Assembly (NCBI GenBank): GCA_964016885.1
Contig: OZ024746.1
Span: forward strand, 84,134,001 to 84,198,000
Source: Eledone cirrhosa
Taxonomy: Eukaryota
Direction: 5' to 3'
Length of the DNA: 64,000 bases
Shown here: positions 13,331-28,176 of the stretch, piece after piece
How the letters are laid out: every line of letters begins with the position of its first letter
Numbering within the stretch: the stretch's first letter is position 1
Notes under the pieces: generated by a model
What the model saw: the letters and a program-made list of their open reading frames with translations, nothing else
Database searches by the model: none
Told to the model about the DNA's origin: nothing
Made by a program: the position numbers and the translations under genes

Positions 13331-14103
13331 GTGTGGCATTTGGTGACAAACATCGTCCATGTTTCTCTCATTTTCAAGATTTTTCGATAGAGCCAAATAT
13401 TGCTAGTCTTCAGTGACGCTCGCGGAAGTTGACGTGGCTACTGTTTCTTCTGCCTTTTCAATATTTACGTTGCTAATGTAAAGTACGTTTCTTCTAATAG
13501 ATATTTCGTTCAATTGTCTCGCAGTCTTTTCAATGAGAGCCATGAAGTTATTATTGGTGGAGGCATTGCTGTTGCTGTTGTTACTAGCATTAACAGTATT
13601 GGTGATTATAAGGATGGTAGCTGTTTTTTTTTTGTTGCTTTTGTTATTACTGTTGGTTAATACTTTCAAGGAAACAGCAAAACACGTTATAACAGTTCCT
13701 CAGTGCTTTTAGTGAGTGGATATTTTTTCTCTAGTACGTGCTCCTCGTTTTGTTTTTCTGTTTTTCTTTCATTTTCCTCTTTTTTTTCCTTTCTTCTTTG
13801 CAGACCATAATTATCGGAGAGGCGATGTTTAATTTTTCACGACAAATTTTCAAAAAGACTTTCAACGAATTCGGTCCTTTGTAAAGGGACCCGTTCACAT
13901 CTACTCCTGGCTTCTTTCATAGCAAAGTGCTGAGCTACAAATCCCTAACAGTAATAGTATGATCAAACTTAGTTAAGAAGAAGTTAAATTTCATAGGGCT
14001 CAGACGAGAAAACAACAATAATAATAATATTGTTGAAAGAGAGGATTGATATGGTGTGTGTGTGTGTATGTGTGCGTGTGTGTATGTGTGTGTGTGTGTA
14101 TGT

Positions 14104-14261
<158 letters not shown>

Positions 14262-14288
14262 GATAGATAGAGTGAGTGATATATACAT

Positions 14289-14488
14289 AACGAAGGAAGT
14301 GGGGTAAGGAACCAAGTGGACCATAACGCACCAGAGTACTCGATACTTAGGGTAGTAGAGTGGGTAGTAGGAAAAGAGTCAGGACCCCGACGGCTGAGCT
14401 CCGGCCGTTTCGACAGCTAGATCTATTGTTAGTTCAGATCTAGCTGTCGAAACGGCCGGAGCTCAGCCGTCGGGGTCCTGACTATTTT

Positions 14489-14492
<4 letters not shown>
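14289..14492. mobile_element. Fold-back PLE-terminus element (57-bp inverted arms centred on a hammerhead stem II)
   Basis: Arms 14368-14424 and 14436-14492 with one mismatch. They contain GAAACGGC...GCCGTC. TA-rich flanks. Confidence 0.7.
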
Positions 14493-14527
<35 letters not shown>

Positions 14528-14698
14528 GAAGTATTTCCGTAGGAACGGTAAAGGAAAAGAGAGTGCTCTATGTAGGCTACAGAGCTTATTAGTTATGTAA
14601 TAAACAACATAAGATAATTATTTCATCTACCAATGGTTTCTGTCTTCAAGAAACCATTGGTAAATGAAATAATTATCTTATGTTATTCATTACATAAC

Positions 14699-14797
<99 letters not shown>

Positions 14798-14802
14798 GTA
14801 TG

Positions 14803-14848
<46 letters not shown>

Positions 14849-14935
14849 CGTGTGTATGTGTGTGTGTATATATATATATATATAAATGAAATATTTCCGT
14901 GGAGAGAGAGAGAGTGAGAGAGAGGGGGAGAGAGA

Positions 14936-15011
<76 letters not shown>

Positions 15012-16472
15012 GAATGTTTGGCGCAGATCAAATAAATGTGAATATGTGACAGGTGGTGTGCCAAAGTAAAAGTATTGTAATGGTAGAGGGGTCGAACAGA
15101 CACCAAATGTAAGCATAACTAGAATAATTAGACAATATTTTAACAAAAAACACGTGCTATGTATAACTTAATCTGACTTGATCGAATTCTATTTCTCACT
15201 TTTATTAGTTTCTGTTGTTGCTACTATTGTTGTTGTTTCTATTGTTGCTGTTGTTTTGGTGATGGTGTTGGTGTTGGTGTTGGTGTTGGTGGTGTTGGTG
15301 TTGGTGGTGGTTGTGTTGGTGGTGTTGGTGGTGGTGGTGTTGGTGTTGATTGTGGTGGTGGTTGTGTTGGTGGTGGTGGTGTTGGTGGTGTTGGTGTTGG
15401 TGTTGGTGGTGTTGGTGGTGGTGGTGTTGGTGTTGGTGTTGGTGGTGTTGATGGTGGTGGTTGTGGTAATGATGGTGGTGGTTGTGGTGTTGGTGGTGTT
15501 GGTGGTGGTGGTGGTGTTTGTGGTGGTGTTGTTGGTGGTGTTTGTGGTGGTTGTGTTGGTGGTGGTGGTGGTGTTGGTGGTGTTGTTGTTGGTGGTGGTG
15601 GTGTTGGTGTTGGTATTGGTGGTGTTGATGGTGGTGGTTGTGGTAATGATGGTGGTGTTTGTGGTGTTGGTGGTGGTGGTGGTGGTGGTGGTGGTGGTTG
15701 TGGTGTTACTGCTGTCTATATTCTAGTAATTATCGTTTTCATAATGAATACTATATAAACGACAGTCTAACAATTGTTTCTCTGATTAAGTTGTCTAAAA
15801 ATTGCTGAACACTAGAAGCAGTGCCACTCAATTTCAAATACGATGCTAGCTCGATCAGATCTTCAGAAACTGTTACAAAAAATAAATATAACCGGCAAAT
15901 TTACAAATTCAAATTACATCATCAATAATAATATTAATAATAAAGATAGAGAGAGAAAAAGAAAGAAAGAAAGTGAGATAGATACAGGGAAGAAAGAAAG
16001 GAAAAGGAAAAAGAAGAAAGAAAAAGAAAAAGAAAAAGAAAAAGAAAAAGGAGAAATGAATACAGAGAAAAATATAGAGAGAAGAAAATATATGGAGTTG
16101 GTAGAAAGAGGAGAGACAAGCATAAGGAGAAATAACGTAGGAGAGAAAGAAAATAGAGGATAACATGGTCAATAGTACAAAAAAGGGGATTTATTTACAG
16201 TCTAACAATTGTTTCTCTGATTAAGTTGTCTAAAAATTGCTGAACACTAGAAGCAGTGCCACTCAATTTCTAGACCTAATATATTATATAGGTTTTGTGG
16301 GTGTTTTTGTTTTTCACAATTATGGGTCATTTAATATCGGCAGTGTTGCATTTTCCTTGTACCTCACGTCTTCGTCATTTCATTTCAAGATTCTTATATA
16401 CACTGCTAGCGCTTTATTAAAAGGTACAGGTCTCCCCCTCACTCTCTCTCACTCTCTCTATATCTCTCTTTG

Positions 16473-16509
<37 letters not shown>

Positions 16510-17001
16510 TTATCTATTTATCTATCTATCTATCCAAATCTCAGTTTATGATATCAGATCAATTTGCTCTGATCTCTTTATCTATCTAGACAGATATGAG
16601 ACAAGTATTGTGGTTTTCACTCTTGTCACATACTCTGTGTTGTCGCTCTAATTGCTAGTTATAACAACCAAATCTCCTTTATATTACACGGTAACGCCTT
16701 TTAAAAATGGCGAAATACAGATGATAATAAGGCCGCCCTACATACACTATGTAAATGAGAAATAAACGATGGACATTGCTTGAATGCTTTTAATCATAGG
16801 GCTGCTCAGTGAAGACTGACCTGGAGTTAAACAACAACACCAACGACAAGGACAACGACAATAACGACAACAAAAACAAGCACAACCAAATTTAGTGTGT
16901 TTGTAATAGCTATTCTCTGTTTTGTTATGAAAGTGTCGGCATCTTGCCCAAACAAGATGGATACATAGCCTCTCATGTCTGAATAAAGTTTCTCATATCA
17001 A

Positions 17002-17062
<61 letters not shown>

Positions 17063-19840
17063 GATAGATAGATAAATAAATAAACATTGAAATAGATAAA
17101 AAATAAAACAACAACTGAATAACCAGAAAATGTGTTGTCTATTGTTCCTTGGTTTTGACAGTATTGTCTGCAGCTAACATTAGCTTATTGTTTAATTACT
17201 TTATTGCAGCAGTTACTTTATATCTCACTTTTATATCAGAATTTGGGAACAATAGCATCATTGGCTGGAGGTTTCCGACAGACCAATTACTGGTTCTCTT
17301 TATTTCCGACAGCGACAGTGACAAGGGACTGCATAACTTGATGCAAAGGATTTCGTTCGAAATGCACCAATTTTTTTCTTCTTGTTTTATTTTATTTTGG
17401 TTTGTTTTGTTTTGTTTCTCGACGATGTATATACTCTACACCGGTATAATCGGCGAAAATGATACACATACATGCACCTACACACACATACACCTGCACA
17501 CGCACACACACACACACACCCATAAACACACGCACACACCCATAAGCACACGCATACACATGCCCTTACACATACGCGTGCGCGCGCATGTAGACACATA
17601 AACATGTATAGATGTACACATACACACATATATACACATATTCGAAGACACACATAGACATACGCACACATATATATGCACAGACACGAACAAACATACA
17701 CAACGAGCTTCATTCCCAAGATACTCGTCAACCCAAAGTTATGGTAGATTTCGGAACTATGTGATTGCTAAGTGAAATCTTTAATCACATAACCATGCTT
17801 GCATCCAGTTCTTTATAGTCAGGCATAGATTTTCTGAAGTCGGTGAGTTTGCAACTCGGTACCGAGAAAGGCAAGTCCATATCGTCGGATAGCTTCGTAA
17901 GACTCTGGACAGACGAACCAGTTTAGGACCTGGCATGGTTCAGAATTCCAGTTAGATATGAACTGGGATGCGGTTACAAGCAATCTTCACAAGAAATTAA
18001 CTGAACAGAAACTCTCTGTGAAAGATCAAGAAGAGGTGAAAATACAAACATCACTTCCATCGTATATTGCCGCATAATATTGTGCCTTTCTCCAGATTTC
18101 GTCAGACCAAATTGGAGCGTCTGTGCTTTTACTTTTTGTAGAAGGGTCACATTCTCACATTCCACTTATTATGAGATCCGTCTACTACCAACACCCTCTG
18201 CTCAGATGGCTCGGTATACCTTGGTTGATGATATGCAAACATGTTTTAAGGTTGTGGAATCTGCAGAGATTCCTAGACGGTATGCAGGTGTTGTAGTCCT
18301 TTCGTTGGGTACGTTTTACCTAAGCTGCTGTCCTTGATCAAGCAAAGGCCAAGACTCTGCGACTGGCATCTGGAATGTTGTCAGGCGCTCATAGCCATTT
18401 ACCTGTTGGGCAATGCGTTCGGTGGAATTTCTACTTAGCTATCTCTAGAAGACTGTAATGAAGAAGACTGATGCCGTTCTCGGGGAACTATGAATAAGTA
18501 TAATCTTGACAGGCGCAGAAGCGCCACCAGCCGGACATGACCAATATATTGAAAGACAAAACCGTTCCACACACACTAAAGTGTCCCAGCATAACTGATG
18601 TGGAATCTTGTCTAACAGCTGAGACGGATCTAACTATCGACCAAGTTAATCGAGATCACTAAGCTGAATTCCTTTAAACTGGAAGGGCAAACAGCTTCCT
18701 TGTGTCTGATGGCTATAGTAAAATAGGTTTGTGGTGGAAGCTACTGAAACGACTGAAGATAAACACCTTTTTCTTCAGCCATGTTTTCAACAATTCATTC
18801 CTTTCTTTGAAAGGAATGTGAGAGTAAAGACAAAAGTGCTCTCCTCCATTAAAGTTCTTAAAAAGTGAACGAGAGTTGTGAAAATAGCCTGACAGGTGAA
18901 AGAAGGCACTTGCCTTTCATGGTCCGGTTATTTGTGTATCTGGGAAATTCTGCAACTAACCATAGGTAGCAGCTCTTATATCACACATTTGTATGCTGCC
19001 TATAACGTTTTGTCACATTTTCTATTTTTTTATTTCCTTTATTCGATTTCTATGTAAATTAGATGGAACTTCAAAAATATGCTTTAAATTATTCTAGACT
19101 CACAAATGCTGTGTAACAATGCCCTAAAATATTTATAGATCTTTTTTATTGGTATTTTCTGGAACGTGCATATATTTATCTTTGAACATAATCCAGCAAT
19201 GTTTTTTCAGAATTATTGTATTATTACATTGGAATCATATTGCTTAGCTGCCATAAATCTTTTAATTTAATAATCAAGATGGTATAATTTCTTAGCTTTT
19301 CAAGTGGCTTCCGTGCAAGATCTTATCTAATATGTTACAAATGTATCACTAGATGTGCGTAGAACATATTCGCAACGTTGTTGTGTCTACGCTTTGTAGG
19401 AACTAGTGTAAAACATTCTGATACAGGGAGCTGTATTATTTCATAAAATACACTACTTTCATTATGTCACGTGGTGATGGCTTGTTCTTGTATCTCCAAT
19501 GTTCTTGCTTCTGCTGCTTCATTCGAGCTGGATTTGTTCATCCAAACCAGTGTTGGATTCTACAATAGTTAAGTTATTGTAAATATATTCAATGTAAAGA
19601 CAATTAAAAAATAAGGAGAAATAATTGTGCGACGAGGAATATCAATAGTAGCCATTGTCTAATATAATTCTAATTATTTCGGCATGTACGGGAGACAACT
19701 GAAGATAAGTGTTGGTCTTATTATGACCTCATCAACGAAGCATAGATATTATCGTACTCGTAGGGATGACATTATGATGCACGAAATGTCTTGGGCACAT
19801 ATATCTAGCCGAGCTCATCTCCACCTATGTCTGAACACAG

Positions 19841-19912
<72 letters not shown>

Positions 19913-20270
19913 GAGAGCTATAAATGAAGAACCCACCTCAGTTCTGGTACTTTATTTATCGATCTCGAAGGATGAAAGGAAAAGTTGACTCCAGCAGGAT
20001 TTGAACCCAGAGTGCAAAGAGCTGCGAAGTATTTTATTAGATATAGTAACAATTCTACCAATTCGCCGCCTTCAGACTAACAAGTGCTAAATAAATCTCT
20101 TAAATAGGCACGTCCGTTTAAGTTATGCGTTCAGCATGACCTGCTGTAGCATGACCTGCTGTAGCATGACCCGCTGTAACAAAGACGTTTAAATTTTGCA
20201 GTTGATAGGAAATAGTTCAAGGCTGGTGTACAGTAAACATCGAAGCTTGTATTTTCTTCAATATTTTATA

Positions 20271-20357
<87 letters not shown>

Positions 20358-20625
20358 TTTTTCATTATACTTGTTTTGCAATGTCAAACTATATCGTAAT
20401 TGAAGATCAGAAAGAATATCGTTTCATCTTTCTGAAATCCGAACTGTAAGCAAAATAAAATGTAGCAGACATAATATCAATATATTATGGGATAGCTGTT
20501 AAGACACACAGAAAGTGAGTATTTTCAGTAAAACAAGTACAGTTTACGAAATGTTATGAAAAGATTAGAAAGAAAGAAGACTTTTTTTCAGTTGAACTCT
20601 AACATATATACATATCTATCTATCT

Positions 20626-20706
<81 letters not shown>

Positions 20707-20862
20707 TTTGAGTATATGTTGGTTGTTTACCGACACCTCAGTATGCAGATGGGAACACTCGGAGGACTAACAACCCAACCAGGAGCTGGACATATCGATG
20801 TATTAACAGAGTGGAACACACTTCAACAACATGTGTACCTGTCTTTTCCACACCAATTCGGA

Positions 20863-20915
20863 CTGCCTGAAGAGGTCACAGCCAATAATAGCTGTCACCG
20901 AAATATATATAGCAG
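20863..20915 (+). ncRNA. Minimal type-I hammerhead ribozyme (PLE-type)
   Basis: CTGC-CTGAAGA-GGTCACAGC(caataata)GCTGTCACC-GAAA-TATATA-TA-GCAG: stem I, intact core, stem II, palindromic stem III, AATAAA downstream. Confidence 0.85.
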
Positions 20916-21262
20916 AGAATTTATAATAAACGAAGCCAAATTTTACATGTTTGACTTACTTATTTTATATATACACACACAAATATATTCATATACAAAG
21001 AGAGAGATATAGAGATAGAGAGGGGTGGGGGGGGGGGGGGGCAGAGAAAGAGAAAGAGGGCGAAGAAGAAGAAGCGAAGAAAAGAGACAGCTCCTATATT
21101 TAGTGTTTCCCTTGCAGGTGGTCTCTGCAAGTAGCTAGCACAGTCATTGATTGATCCTCTCTTGCATCTGAACTGTAGCAATGTAAACAGTTCTATAGAC
21201 TTGTTTCATGGTAACGAGTGAATAAAGAAAGTCCAAACATAGATTGAAAGATAGATAGATAA

Positions 21263-21347
<85 letters not shown>

Positions 21348-21363
21348 GTATACATACATACAT

Positions 21364-21909
21364 GGTGGCTGCCAACTCGTTTTCGAATACGGCCACTAGT
21401 TTATATCCATGTAGGAGAACCCCTACTGATGTGCTGAACGAGTGTGACTTTTTAGTCCAGCCAGCGACTTGAAAACTCTGGTACAAACACTACACTTGTG
21501 ACAATTACTGACACATAGTGCTAGGCCCATGGTACCATGTGACGACAAGTGCAGAGAGATCTTCAGATATAAAGCAATGCCTGTGCCGTGAAGCTTTTAT
21601 AGTGAGCAAAGGCACTGCACAAAGCCAGTCCCACTCTCTTAACCAAGATGATATTTACCAAAAAGAAGAACAAGTCAACATCATTGGATACCATCAGGGT
21701 TGCAGGTGTTATATCAGAGTTTTCTTTCTCCTAGAATTCTGCCTTGACAAAGGCTAAGGGGATGGCCATTGACTCTTAAGAGTTCCTTTGCCCTTTGACA
21801 GGTTTTGTTTTTAGTCCTGCAGGATGTCCAAAGTCACCTTCCTCACCAAGAAACCTTGGTGGGGTTGCCAGTTTAGTCGCCAACGACCCGACCATGAGAC
21901 AGGTTGTAT
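21364..21909 (-). mobile_element. Non-autonomous RTE-related element with a (TATG)n tail
   Basis: Second copy at 54068-54561. CAAGGCAG..TCTAGGAGAA.GAAAACTCTGA motif resembles RTE 5' UTRs. Non-coding. Confidence 0.5.
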
Positions 21910-21960
21910 ACATACATACATACATACATACATACATACATACATACATACATACATACA

Positions 21961-22250
21961 TAGGAAATTACAAGTACAATCCATTAATGGAACAGTAAAA
22001 ATATGTAAAACATTCCAAACATTTTGCATCTATCTAATAACTGCTTATACACATGTACAGATGCAAAGCATATACACATGCACACATACAACTCAAAACA
22101 TCCACATCCACACATACAATAACATCCATATCTACACATGCATGCATACATAATCTACCTAATTGATTCCAATGAGAGAGTCTTGTGTCTATGTTAGAAA
22201 CCGACTCTCTCTTTTTGGGAAAAAAAAAAAATTGTGAAATTATAAAACCA
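21961..22250 (+). mobile_element. R4/Dong 3' fragment in (TACA)n
   Basis: RKLQVQSINGTVKICKTF plus the same 3' UTR. (CATA)n on both sides. Confidence 0.8.
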
Positions 22251-22262
22251 TACATACATACA

Positions 22263-22296
<34 letters not shown>

Positions 22297-22394
22297 ACAT
22301 ACATAAATAACTTATTTTCTGAGTGAGCTTCCTACATAGAAATTTATTTCCTCGGCGTTTAGTAAGTTCGAAAATACGAGCATCGTATACGACG

Positions 22395-22459
<65 letters not shown>

Positions 22460-23159
22460 ACACACACACACATATGTGAAGGTGTCCAGCTATTAGATTA
22501 TAGCAATGAGTTATTTCCTCCTGAACGTCTCAAATGTTAAATGTGTTGGAAATGAAAAAAAAATGAGAAATGAAATATAAGAAAAAAATCAAAAGTAGTG
22601 AGAATATAATAAGCAGGGATTAGAACAATCGTTTGACTTGAGAGAAATCGATACGTCAACACCCAGAAGGAGATGGAGTGAACATAGCAAAAAATAAGAG
22701 TTGTTCTCATCACTCAAGGTGTAATTTTAATACATCAAGTATTGGTAATACCTACTTCCCTATATGAATAAAAACATGTAATCCTCCGTCGATTGTTGGG
22801 TAACAAGGCCTAGTGACTATAGCAGAATTAATCTCTCTTCATGTTACTGACTACAATTGAAAATCACACACTACGAAATGAAAGAGTATTGAAATGGCTC
22901 TCCCCAACGAGGAAACTGGATAGCAGATTCAACAAGTCTGCTGCTTACCATGGCTTCAGAATACTCACAGTTTAGACTCTCTCGAGTGTGTCAAGGATAA
23001 GCAGTCTAAAACGAACCAATTTCTTTTCAGATTTCTGGAAACCACGAATGCAAGAAGTGAGTGAGGAGAAGGAGATCAACAAGGAAGCGAAATACCATTG
23101 AAAATTTAACTTGCCAAGAGCTTATCTATATTGTAGCTATCGGCACTTGCAGAATGATA

Positions 23160-23259
23160 TATTGAACACCTGGACTCGTACCTCCTGATGGAGTCGCGAG
23201 GGAATTTTAAACCTGACGGAGCCTATTCCTCTCCAAGTCTGGACGCAGCCGATTTCTTC

Positions 23260-23262
<3 letters not shown>
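23160..23262 (-). repeat. Dispersed ~100-bp repeat adjoining (TC)n
   Basis: GGAAGAAATCGGCTG...AGGTTTAAAATTCC recurs at about 1980-2045(-), 25600-25690, 34970-35025 and 59120-59185. Confidence 0.6.
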
Positions 23263-23341
<79 letters not shown>

Positions 23342-24320
23342 GAGGAGTGAGAAAGATATATTAAGTAAGAATCGTCTAGTACTGAACGTTTTATAGACCT
23401 CAAATGGATGAAAGGCAAACTTGACCTCAACAGGATTTGAACTCAGAGTGCAGAGAGCTGGAACAAATACAGCAAAGCATTCTATCAGGCGGTCTAAAGA
23501 CTCTGCCAATTTACCGCTATCGTTATATATATATATAGGGTCAATATCCATCGACCATCTCACACAAATCTTTACTGCTATCACGGAACAGTCATCACAA
23601 TGCATCACACTTCAGTGACCGCACACTAATCATTACATAGAAACCATCACATACCAAACATTACACACCAACTATCATACAATGCATTTACTTTAGCACT
23701 TTATTATCTCAGTCAAATTTGAATATTCTATAAAGATAGAGAAACGCTGCAAGGAAGAAGTTTTGCGAGATTCTGAATTGCAAATATAACTGAATTAGAG
23801 ACAAAACCATACAATGGCTTCTAGCTATAGCGTAGCAAATTGTTGAAGAATTCTGACCAGGTATGGCTTTCTTATTTATTTAGTTAGTGAGTTAGTTGAT
23901 TAGTTTGTTTCTGTTCCATATGTTTATAGTTTCGTGGCTATGAAGTTCACTTTGCAAGTACGTCTTTTCGAGTTCAATTCCTCTGCGTGGCACCCTTGGT
24001 AAATGTCTTTTACCATAGCTTCAATTTAACCAAAATCTTGCGAGAGAAACTTGATAGGCGGAAACTGTGTAGAAGACTGTCGGGTGGATTTTTTTTGTTT
24101 CTTTTTATTTATTATTTTGTTGTAGATTTAATCTGTTGCTTGGTTTCACACTACGATTTGACTCTTGGGGTCTGTTAGCGGAGTCCATCCACTTAGTTTA
24201 AGCATTAGGTTCATGCCTTTGATCTGGGGCTAATCCCCACTCTTCTTCCTTTCCTCATACCAATTTGGGAAGCCCTGAAAATAGTTATGGACTTGTTCTT
24301 TACTTTCCGACTAAGTCATT

Positions 24321-24397
<77 letters not shown>

Positions 24398-24766
24398 ACA
24401 TGTCAATTTTCGTTTCTGCTTAAAGGAGAATAAGAAGATTTCTAGACCATTATAAATAACTCGTACGTGCAGGAACCTAAGGACAGGGGAAGTGAGAGGA
24501 GGAAGAAAAGATAGATAATCTTGTCGGAGTAGCAGAAAGAGAGAGAGAAAAAGAAAGAGAGGGGGGGGGGAGAGAGAGGGGGGGGGGGTGTTAAAATGTT
24601 GTCGAGGTAACCATAAAACGCTAGTCATGCATTGAATGAAGGACTCGATGCCGTTTCTAAAGTTAAAGTAATATTTATTATTAATTTTATTATTGATATT
24701 TCGCCAACTCTGGTTTCTCAAAACAGCGATACTTTGAAGCAAATAACTTCTCCCTCTCTCTCCTTT

Positions 24767-24833
<67 letters not shown>

Positions 24834-24899
24834 CCTCGCTCTACCTCTGCTCTCTCTCTCTCAGAAAAGAAACAGGACTGGGGTCGTAAAAACAATATT

Positions 24900-25554
<655 letters not shown>

Positions 25555-26097
25555 ACTCCCTCTTTCACACACACACACACACTCTCTCTCTCCTTCCGTC
25601 TCTGGAAGAAAGCGACTGTGTTGAAACCTTTAGAAGGATGGACTGCACCAGGTTTAAAATGCCTCTATACTTCTATCAAGAGTTATACTCAAGTATATAC
25701 GATATGTGTTCACATGTTTTTCTGTGTAATTAAGTTTTATGTTTTGCTCCCTATTGTAAGTGCTTGGCGAACTGGTAGAGAAGTACCATAGTTTTATGGC
25801 CAATATACCTGTTTACAAATTTCAAATTTGCAATCGAACTTATAAATCATATTGTTTATTAATAGCTTGTTTGCGTGTTTACATGCTTGTAGTTTGTTAT
25901 TGATAGAGTGTATAATTTTTAATGTATTGTCGGCGTAAATTTATGATTTGATGTAATATATTTTATGTTCTATTTTATGTGGTTTTTCACAACGTCGTCG
26001 TCTATTCTATAGTTATTATGCATTTAATGTATATAATATAATTTTTGTGCAGTTTGTGTATTATTAATTGTTCTGTTGTCTGATATTATATGTTGCG

Positions 26098-26269
26098 TTG
26101 TATTGGAGCTTTATGATTTCATCTACTCTGTAGGGGCTTTATGATTGTATTGGGGCTTTATGATTTCATCTACTCTGTAGGGGCTTTATGATTGTATTGG
26201 GGCTTTATGATTTCATCTACTCTGTAGGGGCTTTATGATTGTATTGGGGCTTTATGATTTCATCTACTC
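26098..26269. repeat. 47-bp tandem repeat, about 3.7 copies
   Basis: Unit TTGTATTGGGGCTTTATGATTTCATCTACTCTGTAGGGGCTTTATGA. Confidence 0.9.
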
Positions 26270-26577
26270 ACGCGGGGCGGCCAGTGAGTGGGCCCCCATT
26301 TGCTAATAATAGTGAGAGATGGGAAGAGCGGTAGAAATGGAGGCACTGGCAGTGGGAGTTTGGTTACTTTGTGCTCAGACCTGGTGTATATGTATATGCT
26401 TTATGGACACACACTGGCACTGTTGTAGCTCATCAAGGTTGTCGCCCACAGTGAAGTGAGGGAAACAAGCAATAAAACTCTATAAAAGTACACTCGCAAC
26501 TGTGTGCCTGATTACATGTATGGAATAGAAGGTATTGAGTAGGGTTTGTTATATTCTGTGGATTTCCTTATCTAGTG

Positions 26578-26886
26578 CAGAGGTTCTCAAAGTGGTCGTT
26601 ACCGACCTCGGGGGGGGGGGGGGGTGAGAACGTCCAGGGGTTGCTGGGACTTAATGGGGCAATGGGGTGGGGGTGGGATGGGACGTTAGAGATGATATGA
26701 TAGTATATATAAATATAGTAAAATACAAAATATATATTCATTTATACATAGTATATATTATATTATTTATTATATGTTATTTACAATTTGCGTGTAGGCA
26801 GGTCCCTGGAAATAGGGTTGCGGGACGCTGAAGATACTACGTGGCCGTGAGGGGAGCGGTGGCCCAACAAGTTTGAGAATATCTCG
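26578..26886. mobile_element. Degenerate hAT (MER5-like) MITE
   Basis: CAGAGGTTCTCAAA...TTTGAGAATATCT with CTAG-containing flanks. Confidence 0.5.
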
Positions 26887-28176
26887 TCTAGAAACAGAGC
26901 CATTTTATTGCTACGAATTTTATTTCTGTTGATATATTTTTGTTTTCTTACTTTATCTGTGATCACCATTTAATTTGTCTTTAAGAAAAGAGAACAAACT
27001 CTGAGTTGAACCATTTCTGTTCTTTACTGCATTCAGTACAATATCCACCACAATTTAATTTTGCTACCTTTCCCCTACTTCAACCCTCTTTACCCCTATT
27101 TATCCCACTTTCAATGTCTTCTCTCCCTTCTTTATTTTCCTACCCTTCTTCATCTTCCTCCAGTTCCTTCTTTTTTCACCCTCTTTCCGCCTCTATCTTT
27201 ATCCCTATTTATCCCCGGTTTGGATGTTTGCAATGGGGTGGGCATTGTTAAGTGTAACCAAAAACAACAGATTAAATCTCCCATCCAAAAGTAATTAAAT
27301 CCATCCAGTGAGCCTCTGTATAGTTTCCATCTCCCATGTTTTGCTTATAGGGGTTTGGTCGACTCGCAGTCGCGGTCGTGGTATTTGTTTTGGTTCTTTA
27401 CGAATCAAATCCCGCTGAAGTCAACTTTGTTTTTCATCTCTCCAGGGAGCGATAAAATAAAGTTCCAATCAAATACTGGGGTTGATTTATTCAACTTTGC
27501 TATTTACCCAAAATTTACTAAGCTTGTGCTTAAATTTAGAAATCAATATTTTATATGGCTACGTGAATAAGGTTTTACAAGAACATTCTCAGCAACAAAA
27601 TTCAACTACACCCTCCCGGAACCAACGCAAACAATCTAGATTTGAGAAAACATAGCTGGCAAAATTCTTAAATAATAAAAAAAATACACCTTACCGTTTA
27701 GTTCTTCAGCCAGACCGATTGGCAACTAGATAACAACAACGAAAGCAGCAACACCCAGACTAGAATGGTGAGAGAGAAATGTTTCCGCAAACAGAATGGA
27801 ATAAAGTGTTTCAAACTTTGGTGATGGTAGTGATAATGATGATGATGATGATGATGATGATGAAACTGATGGTGAGGATGGTGATGATGTTGATGATGGT
27901 GAGGATAATGATGATGAAACTGGTGGTGAGGATGTTGATGATGGTGATGATGATGATGATGAAACTGATGGTGAGGATGGTGATGATGTTGATGATGATC
28001 TGTTTGTAATGAGGGTGGTGGAGGGAACAACGAGAACGATAGCGCTATATTGTTAATAGACGTGTTGTTGTTAATCTATGCAATGGTGGTGGTAGGAATT
28101 GTTGACGGGGGGCGGGGGATGGCTGATAATAGTGGATGTTTGTGCCAGGGCTAGTCGTTAGTAAAGTAAGATTAAG

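Noticed and set aside
13403-13950. 88-aa minus-strand ORF and strong plus-strand acceptor at 13803
   Set aside because: The ORF is low-complexity, and all frames after the acceptor close quickly; at most a non-coding exon.
21760-21909. HDV-like or twister ribozyme in the RTE-like 5' region
   Set aside because: Could not assemble the required pseudoknots or conserved residues.
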